Assembly (NCBI GenBank): GCA_964106645.2
Contig: OZ067040.1
Strand: one strand, 5' to 3'
Source: Podarcis pityusensis
Lineage: Eukaryota
Length of the DNA: 64,000 nucleotides
The notes under the pieces were generated by a model. That model saw only the letters and a list, made by a program, of their open reading frames with translations. It did no database searches and was not told the origin of the DNA. The translations under genes and the position numbers were made by a program. Below, one piece after another: positions 55,507 to 64,000 of this stretch; within the stretch, counting starts at the first letter, position 1; every line of letters starts with the position of its first letter.

Positions 55507-56631
55507 GGGGGGGCCAGCATTGGAAGATGGCCGACAATAACATCTCTCTGACCCATACGAGGTAATTAAGAGGTTGCTATGGGAAGTATGCAGTCTTCCT
55601 ACCCCCCCAAGGAGATGGGGGGGCTGCCTTGCCAGCGGTGTCCACAATGCACCCCCAGATTCGAGGTCTGGGGGCGCCGGTCACTTGGCACGAGCCCTCG
55701 ATGCGGTCAGCTCTTCCTGACGCCGATTCCAATCAGCGCGTGCTGGTTAGCTTCAGCTCGGAATTATAATTGGAATGAAGCTGAAGCACATACATCAAGT
55801 AACGCTCGAGAGATAAGACTGCTGATTAATGGATCTCTGTGACCGGGAGTGACGGACGGATAAGTAAATCTTCTGATGAATCACCATTAAGAGACTGTAT
55901 GTTTGGAATGAAGGGGGGGTGGAGGAAAAAACCTTTTTTCTTTGTACTATGTGATATTAATAACCCTTCACCCCAGAAAGAAACAAGATCATTGCGTTTT
56001 ACTAATCACAAGCAGGAAGTTAAGAACTGTGTGGGATGGATTATAGCTAGAAAGGATTGGTAAACAATGAGAACGGAGGAAAATTCTATGACGCAGTCAA
56101 AAAATGGCGTCTCGCCAAGACAGGCTTGCCGGAGAAAGAAGGACAGGGGGAGGAGAATCAGGACCATTGGAATGAGAAGGATTGCTGGAATGTAATTTTG
56201 ACCTGACAGAGCCTCCTGATATACTGGGCAAGTCTGAGAAAAGTAAAGGACGGACCAAAGATTATTTTTTTTTTTATGGAAGCGAGGAACAGCGGCTGTC
56301 CCTGAGCGATATGATCTTTGGAGAGTACAAAACCCACATAGAGCATGTTTGTTTCCAATCTGCTTGTGAAAATTATCAGAGATTTCAAAGAAAGGAATAT
56401 ACGATAACAACGAGAAGATGAAGAAAGTAATAAAGGACTATCTGGATTGAACTGGATAGAACTGTTTAATTAATGCAGCAATATAAGTGATGTTTGGACT
56501 CGTCCGGAGCTTGATGTATGGGTACCCCCAACAAAATTTAAAATTCCGCTGTATAATTTGGAACTAATGTCATTTGGATAATGTGATGTGATTGGCCTGT
56601 TAATAAAAATTATTTTTTAAAAAAATATATA
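55507..56631 (+). mobile_element. Full-length ~1.1-kb non-autonomous L1-type retroelement, copy 1
   Basis: Perfect 15-bp TSD TAATTATTTTGATGT (55492-55506, 56632-56646). 5' G-run plus AAGATGGCCG, AATAAA and A/T tail. Homologous to 57602-58753. Confidence 0.88.
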
Positions 56632-57601
56632 TAATTATTTTGATGTAAGAAAGAGCAACACACACACACACACACTTGCTCTTCCCCTCAAGAACATGAA
56701 GAAAAGTACAAACCTCTTACTTTCCCCTCCCTCTCAAACATCCCTGCATCTATTTGCCCGAAACTTGGCAGATTTAGTCCACTCTGAAGTGGGTAGGCAT
56801 AGCTTCCCAGATATGGGTGGGTTCTTGGTTTACATAGTTAGTAGACTGCAATGCTATACTCATTTACTTGGGAGTAAGACAGTTGAACTCAGTGTATGTC
56901 AGTCTCCTTAGCACCACTTCTCTGGCCAGATTTATGTGTTTATAGCTTGCAATTCTGCCCACTTCCTTTGTATTTATTATGCAATTTATCATCATGGCAA
57001 TTCCGGCCTCATCTAGTGAATTTCCCTAGATGTTCATCATAAGTAGCTTAAACTCACTTTAGCTATTTAAGCATTATTAAAATAATGGACAGAGATACTA
57101 ATACACAACACAGTAAACAGCAGTAGATACTAATGGGAAGAAATCATTGAAATAATTACATTGGTGTGTAGCCGATTAATTTCAAAACCTTCACTCTGTA
57201 TCTGAAATTAAATAGAACAGAATTATATTGAAAAGTGGGGTAGGGAGTTTAAACTGATTTGCTTTAACAGTGCCACTAAAAGATTATGCTTTTGTGCAGG
57301 TGCCTTCATGTGAACGTCAGGTGTTATGAAACATTTTCTGCAGGTTTTCCCTATGATGAGATAGCATCATATCCAATGGCAGAAGGCAGAGCTGATGTTG
57401 CAGTCTGGTTTCAGTCATTTCCCATATCTCATGTGACAAGGAAAGCTTGGAGAATGTTGGGGGAATACCATACCAGCTCTTTAGCCACACAAGGATCATT
57501 TGAGGAGAATACAAAACTTGGCCTCTCCCGGGAGGGATGGAGACTTAGTCTCAAGTAGGCAGATGTGCTTAGTCACAGGCAGGCATTTGGGTGGTTTTCT
57601 A

Positions 57602-58753
57602 TTTTTTAAAAAAATAATTTTTATTAACATGCCAATCAAATCACATTAATTCCAAATCACATTAATCCCAAATTATACAGCCAAATTTTTAAAATTTTAT
57701 TGGGGGTACCCATACTTCGAGCTCTGAAAGGGATCCAAACATCACTCTTGTTGCTGCTTTAATTACACAGTTCTGTCCAGTTCTGTCCATATAGTCTCTT
57801 TGTTATTTTCCTCATCTTCTTGTTGTTATCATATATTCCTTTCTTTGTGATCTCTGATAATCTTCACAAGTGGGTTGAAAACAAACATATCCTGTGTGGA
57901 TTTTACACTCTCCAAGAGCCATATCACATAAAGGACAGACGCCATTTCCATACCTCCGCAAATAACATTCCCACAGTCTGTCCGTTGATTTCCACAGGCC
58001 TGCGAATCTATATCTCAGGGGGCCCTGCCAGGTCAAATCCACATTCTGATAACCATACATTCACATTCCAATGACCATGGTCCTCCTCCCCCTCGTCCTC
58101 CTGTGGGCAGGCCTGTCTTAACGAATCTCCATTTGAAACTGCGTCACAAAGCTTTCTTTCCATCCGATGTTCCCACCAGTCCTCTCTTTGATCAGTAATT
58201 CATTTCCACACAGTTCTTAATCTCCTGCTTGTGATTAGTAATTTGCAACGATTCTTTCTCTCTGGGAGGGAGGATTATTGGGTACTCACATAAGACAAAA
58301 AAAGAGAAAAGTTTTTCCTCCCCCCCCTTTCTGTTCCGCTCCGACATACCAATCTTTTAATGATGAGTCTTCACTTGATTTATTGTCCAGCCCATCGCTC
58401 CGCTCACAGAGATCCCATTAATCAGCAGTCTTTACTCCCGATCTTCACTTGAAGTATGTGCATTTGCTTCTATTTCCAATTATATATTTCGAGCTGATGC
58501 AAACCAGTGCGTGATTCGGAGACAGCGTCCGGAAGAGCCGACTCCACCTGAGGGCTTCGTGCCTAGTGTCCTTGTCACCCCCTTCTTTCGAATCTGGGGG
58601 TGAATTATGGACACAGCAGGCAAGGCAGTACCCCCCATTCCCTTGGGGGGCAGGGGAGGCTGCATACTCCCATATCAGCCTCTTAATTACCTCGTGTGGG
58701 TCAGAGAGATGTTATTGTCGGCCATCTTCCAATGCGCCCCCTGGTGGCCCCCC
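57602..58753 (-). mobile_element. Full-length ~1.15-kb non-autonomous L1-type retroelement, copy 2
   Basis: Perfect 18-bp TSD CATTTGGGTGGTTTTCTA (57584-57601, 58754-58771). Same 5' and 3' structure as copy 1. Confidence 0.88.
58734..58747 (-). promoter_or_regulatory. CTCF consensus core
   Basis: Minus strand reads CCACCAGGGGGCGC, an exact match to the canonical core. Binding is not shown. Confidence 0.7.
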
Positions 58754-60830
58754 CATTTGGGTGGTTTTCTAATACCGTGAAGTCTTCTTCAGCACCCTTC
58801 CTCTCTTCATAATGCCTTCCCACTGCCCCTACAGAGTAGATTTTGACCAGTCACATTTCCTTTGGGTGGGGTGTGTGTGGCTATATAGGAATTAGGGGGA
58901 ATCCCCTGATTGGCCTTTGAGACTCCTCTTTTTCACCTACGTCACACTGTGATATTTTGTTATTGTTCTGATGATTTGTCCTGTTTGCAATACAGTGCAG
59001 GTAGGTGAGGAAATTAAGATCTTTATCACTTTAGGTGGCATTGGGTTAAAAGGTGATATTGAGTCACTTTCCATAGCCTTTAGCTTAGGGGACATTGTGA
59101 GTGTCCCTTATGCCTGGTGTGCATGACTTGGTGAATACTGGACAGTGGGACAGGTTTTTTTTTTTTTTTTTTAGTAAGGAGGGATAATTTTCTTTCATTT
59201 CTTGGCTGTGGAGCCACATCATCTGGCTGTGTTAACATCCCTACAGGACAAATTAATTCAACCCACCTGTCCATACTCGCACCATCTCATTATTCTTTGG
59301 CAGATCAACTAGTTATATTGTAAATAATTATAACCTTTCTATCAATTACTCTGTCTCTTGAGTCTTCTTCCTGGGTGGGATGAGAAACAGCTGCGAATGG
59401 GTTAATGAGAGGACAGTGGTGCATTTACATGACTTGTAAAAAAGAGGGGAGAAACTTAGCATGCAGTGGTATTTTTCATAGGGAACAGTTAGGGTTAGTT
59501 GCCCACCTTCCCAAAGCCTGCCTGGTTTTAGAAAGGAGGCAGCAGGACTCCTGGATCCTGTCAGAGTCCGGGAACCCCCTTCCCAAGGCCTAGGAAGCTT
59601 GTGCCCAGCTTATGGGGGAAGGCACAATGCTCTGAGGGAGTCAGAGCACCCTCCTGCCACTGGCCCGACGGTGCAGGAAAAGGGAGAGAACAACTAAGGA
59701 CCATTGAAATAAATGCCGACAAACTCTCTGGCTGTGTTTTCCTGGAACTGCTGCAGGCAGTTAGGAAGAGAAGTGCTTTCTCAACCCCTAAGAAGCTGCA
59801 AAACTTCTTCCCTTGCCTGATTGTGCCTGCTTTCAGGAATACGCCCCCCCCCCCCCCGTGCTTCAGTCCTCATTCCCCTGCCTATATGACATCTAAGTCA
59901 ATCTATACAACCTGAAGAACCATGCAGTACAGGTATTTCTCAACTGCATCAGTTCAGCATGGAAGTGCAGAGTTGGATATTTGAGGTTCCCTTAGAAAAA
60001 CAGGCAAGTGGCGTCCTAGGGATCACAGTACTCTTAGAAACCTTTTCTTTGCCCGTAACAAGGAGTTATGTGGAAAGTGTTCCTCTATTATCCTGTCTCC
60101 CACTTGAAGCCTGAAATGGTATATCCTAGCTAGAGTTTTGCTCGTGTTACTTGTCTCACAGAAGGTTCTCAGGTCAAAAAGATCTAGAATGAGATGGACT
60201 CTCATCACCTCACTGTGACTGATGGTGACATAACAATTTCACTTTGGAGGCCTAGCCTATCACATCTGAGTGTGATGTGTTGGCAGAATATCATTGTTTA
60301 AGAATTCTAACATATTGTGTGCATGACTTGCTCAAGTGTCAGTGACCAGATTTAATTTAGAAGAGTAGGGGTCTAAGTAGAAGATGAAGGCCTTGGCTTA
60401 AGATTTCTGTGTGCCACTCAATTTGAAAAATACTGTGATTGATCACATACTTTTTTCTAGTAATAAAAATCAGCCATCCTCCCAATAGCAAACTCAGGTG
60501 GTGAATGACAACAGTACTGAAACCAAAAAAAGGGCCAGTGAGAAATAAGATGGTGGTATCAATATGCTCAGGAAACTGTACATAAATATTTTTTATGTCA
60601 CAACATGCATTTAAAAACCTTAAGGGTGTACCTTCATCCAAGAAGGAAGCTTAATGAGGACTGAGCATATTCAACAGAAGAATATTGATTGATGGTGATT
60701 AAAGAAGAACAGAAAGGAAGGATAGAATGGAGTAACTTGGAGAAAGCACTGCTTGGGAATGAGAATTTATGTTAGGAGGTGAGGTTGCACTGCAACATTT
60801 GATTGTAGCTCCCTCTTGGTTTTCCTAAAC

Positions 60831-60966
60831 CAGGCATAGGCAAACTCGGTCCTCCAGATGTTTTGGGACTACAACTCCCATCACCCCTAGCTAATAGGAC
60901 CAGTGGTCAGGGATGATGGGAATTGTAGTCCCAAAACATCTGGGGGGCCAAGTTTGCCTATGCCTG
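60831..60966. mobile_element. URR1-like hAT-Charlie MITE
   Basis: TIRs CAGGCATAGGCAAACT / AGTTTGCCTATGCCTG; perfect TSD TCCTAAAC. Confidence 0.95.
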
Positions 60967-61308
60967 TCCTAAACTGCACGTAGCGTGATGAATCTCATCA
61001 CAAAGAGCTGGGATACTTTCTATAATAGAAGCAAAATGGCTTAACGCAGTGTGCCGTTTACAAGGATGCTTCGTGACTTTACATATCAGTGCATGTTGTG
61101 TGACTATCTAAAACATGATTGATTCCAATACATTCTGTACTGATGAGGATTTGATGACAGAATACCAAACCAAGAGTTATTTACTGGATTATACATCAAA
61201 ATACTTGTAAGAGGCATAGTTCATGCCTGTCAAAGGGCTTGTGAGCATATAAAAATGAGAAAAAAAGCTTTCTCTCATCAGAAACAAGATTAATGTTGTG
61301 CTGATTAA

Positions 61309-61345
<37 letters not shown>
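61309..61345. repeat. (AAT)n microsatellite
   Basis: Read directly. Confidence 0.95.
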
Positions 61346-61350
<5 letters not shown>

Positions 61351-61582
61351 CTCAGTGCATTAAGGACAGGTATTCATTATACATATATAGTAGACTAATA
61401 TCATTTTCAAAGGTGCCCATAATTAAACACTTAGTGGCCTAACTTATTCTGAAGATACATTTCCTCAAGGGCCCTATAAATAAAAATCATTTGCAGATAT
61501 TAATGTGCTGTAAAATATCTATGAAAAATAACGTAGATTGTTTCTGGAAAGCTTTATTTTTAGTCAAAGAAAAAATGACATA

Positions 61583-61824
61583 CAGTGGTACCTTGGGTTA
61601 CATACGCTTCAGGTTACATACGCTTCAGGTTACAGACTCTGCTAACCCAGAAATATTACCTTGGGTTAAAAACTTTGCTTCAGGATGAGAACAGAAATCG
61701 TGCTCTGGCGGTGTGGCAGCAGCAGGGGCCCCCGTTAGCTAAAGTGGTGCTTCAGGTTAAGAACAGTTTCAGGTTAAGAATGGACCTCCGGAACGAATTA
61801 AGTATTTAACCCGAGGTACCACTG
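61583..61824. mobile_element. Tc1/mariner MITE, family A
   Basis: CAGTGGTACCTTGGGTTA...TAACCCGAGGTACCACTG, TA TSD; closely similar to 37202-37443. Confidence 0.95.
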
Positions 61825-62159
61825 TATTTAGATATATTGCTGAAGCAGGCCCAAGGCCCGCTTTTCTGTCTCCCACAACAGTGTGGCATTCAGAAACCTA
61901 GCAGGTGAATGGCATCCTGTCATGAAAAGGGACTGCTCTGTTCACAAGAATGTAGCTGCCACTTGAGATCAGCTTCGCAGATCCTTCTCTGTGTGCCTTG
62001 CCTTTTCATGTGAAACTACCTCTCCAGACATCTGCCCTGGCCATCTTCCTGCTCCTCCTTCAGGCACCAGGTGAAATCGGTCCTGTTCACACCTGAAATG
62101 CCTTTTAATGTTTTTTAAAGGACCCTTTTAATTGCCTTTCCATTTTTTAAAAAAAATAT

Positions 62160-62440
62160 GATAAAAAGAGCCCTGCTCGATTAATACAACTATTGTGTCC
62201 TCCCTCACACTGGCCAGTTAGATGCCTATGGGAAGCTAACAAGCAGGACACAGATGCAATAGCACTTTCTCACTCCTTTCCCCCAGCAACTGATACTAAG
62301 AGCTGTGTATCCTCTGATAGTGGTTGTAAATGTAGGCACTGTGCCTAGTTGCCATTGATAGGCAAATTCAGGAATGATAAGGCTAACTCTCTCTTTAAAC
62401 CCATCCAAGTTGGTGGCCATCAGTATTTCTTGTGGTAGTA
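62160..62440 (-). mobile_element. CR1 3' fragment
   Basis: ATAAAAAGAGCCCTGCT..GATGCCTATGGGAAGC..CCATTGATAG..CCATCCAAGTTGGTGGCCATCA. Confidence 0.7.
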
Positions 62441-62619
62441 ATGCTTTATTCTGGATGTTATGGGATGTCATTATTGCCTTATCTGCTATCTATCTGGTTT
62501 TTTTCAGCGGACTTTTAAAAGTTATTATTTGCATTTTTTACTGAAAGGCACCTTGAGGCCAGTTGGCAATAAGCTGTTCGTAGTAAGCTACCGGGTTCTC
62601 TAGAGGAAATTTTCCACTG

Positions 62620-63460
62620 CATCCATCTCAGAAGTGTGGCAGAAATTATCGTCTTATAGCATATCACACTGTGGGAGTCATTGCTTCCACAATCTCTTCA
62701 GATCCATCACAGAACTATTGACCTATTACAAATTCTAGTGAAGACACCAGAGACCGAAATGCTACTGAATTTCTCCTAAAGAGAAATTTTGAAGTGAATT
62801 GGCTCCAGTGAAATATCCAAAGAATTCTGAGGGAATTAAAATTAATTCTGATGAGACTCGACATACATTTGTCAGAGAAGACTGGACTGGAGCTAGTGGT
62901 GAATGGATGTTTTCTAAGATTCATCACCTGAGGTGGCAATTTTTGCTTTTATCCCAATCCCAGACTTCCAATAATGCTAAAATTGCACCATCATAATATA
63001 ATTGTGGTGTTGGGACACTCATACAACCACATGACCAGACGTTAAGACACTTGTCCAAATATTTTAAGGCACTAGTCAGTGAGTTTATGAGCAACTATGA
63101 ACTGAAGTATGTTGGCGGCAAATGGACCTGGGACAGCCTGATTCTATGGATCCAATTTTGTTTTAGCTGCCACTGTGCAACTGTTGGACCAATTCACAGT
63201 GCACGTCAAATCACATAAGAGAATCACTAGTATTTGCTTTGTTTAGTGCCATCCTATGCTGAACAGGACCCTTGTATCTCCCAGCTATCCATTCCTATGC
63301 CTCTACCCTTATCCAACACCAGTTCTGACCTTCATAGAATCTATGTAAATGGAACCATCTGACACGCTTGTACCACAGTTCTTGATGCATCCTAATGAAA
63401 AGATGTGTGGCCAATGGTAATGCATTTGTATGTGGTCTAATACCAATGGAAGGACTTTAA
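62620..63460 (+). pseudogene. Putative decayed viral envelope glycoprotein (class III/spuma-like ERV env TM ectodomain)
   Basis: One frame is open 62799-63218 apart from one stop. Ordered motifs across frameshifts: YNCGVGTLI, CWTNSQC, CLVPSYAEQDPC, YVNGTI, CVANGNAFVCG. N-x-S/T sequons present. Confidence 0.4.
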
Positions 63461-64000
63461 ATTTGATTCTGTTTGCTCCAGAAGCAGAGCACTGGCTAAT
63501 AAACAGGGCTATAATATATATCGTCTAACTTAAAGGCTCTATAATCTTTGTGTTTCCCCAGTGCATTTTATCGAAGTTTATTATTCTGATAAATGCCATG
63601 GATAAGTTTTTATTTTTTTATTTTTAGGGAAATAGTTGGGGACATGGGAAAAGAAAATACCTAGTCTGAAGATAATTCAGAACCATGCAAAGAAAGCCTT
63701 TGCAGAAAGCTAGGTAATCACCAGCCTTATGGGTTACTGCTATGGCAGCAAACAGAAATAATCAACATAAATGAAGCACACAGAGAGAACTTCATTACCA
63801 TAAAAAGTCTTGATTAAGTAGAAGCAACTATTCCAGTAACTATATCAAATGAATTAACGCACAGTTTCATGCATATGATCTCATTCCCCGGCTATATGTC
63901 TCCTTGCATTAAAGATCCAAGTGCTAGAAATTGTAAAGACCAAGGAACAACTAAAGAGTGCAAAGTATTGCTATGAGTTTGGGGGGTGGGGGTAGGTTGA

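Noticed and set aside
57286-57558. 90-aa ORF with a TTTTCTGCAG acceptor in the spacer between the paired retroelements
   Set aside because: No homology recognised and no donor; probably incidental.
60620-60750. Possible coding remnant
   Set aside because: Best explained as a very old CR1 fragment and too decayed to call.
1-64000. Known miRNA, snoRNA or rRNA genes, and prokaryote-like operons
   Set aside because: No mature miRNA or structured RNA that I recognise. The ORFs are short and random or repeat-derived.

Overview
Vertebrate, CpG-depleted, non-coding DNA, almost certainly from a squamate and probably a lacertid lizard, judged by Sauria SINEs, Squam3-like SINEs and squamate-type MITEs. 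I found no convincing host exon, so this looks like a large intron or gene desert, with several TAAT-rich blocks resembling conserved enhancers. Repeats include decayed LINEs (RTE-X-like, L2, CR1, L1), SINEs, two solo LTRs, and Tc1/mariner and hAT MITEs, many with target-site duplications (TSDs). Main observations: (1) a convergent pair of full-length ~1.1-kb non-autonomous L1-type retroelements (55507-56631 +, 57602-58753 -), each with a perfect TSD and a YY1-like 5' motif, one with a perfect CTCF core at its 5' tip; (2) a decayed Cys- and sequon-rich frame at ~62.6-63.5 kb resembling a class III/spuma-like retroviral env; (3) a CpG-rich, frame-intact hAT TTF zinc-finger fossil at ~16.0-16.2 kb; (4) a GATA/STAT motif cluster at ~1.6-1.9 kb. 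All family assignments are by eye, without database searches.
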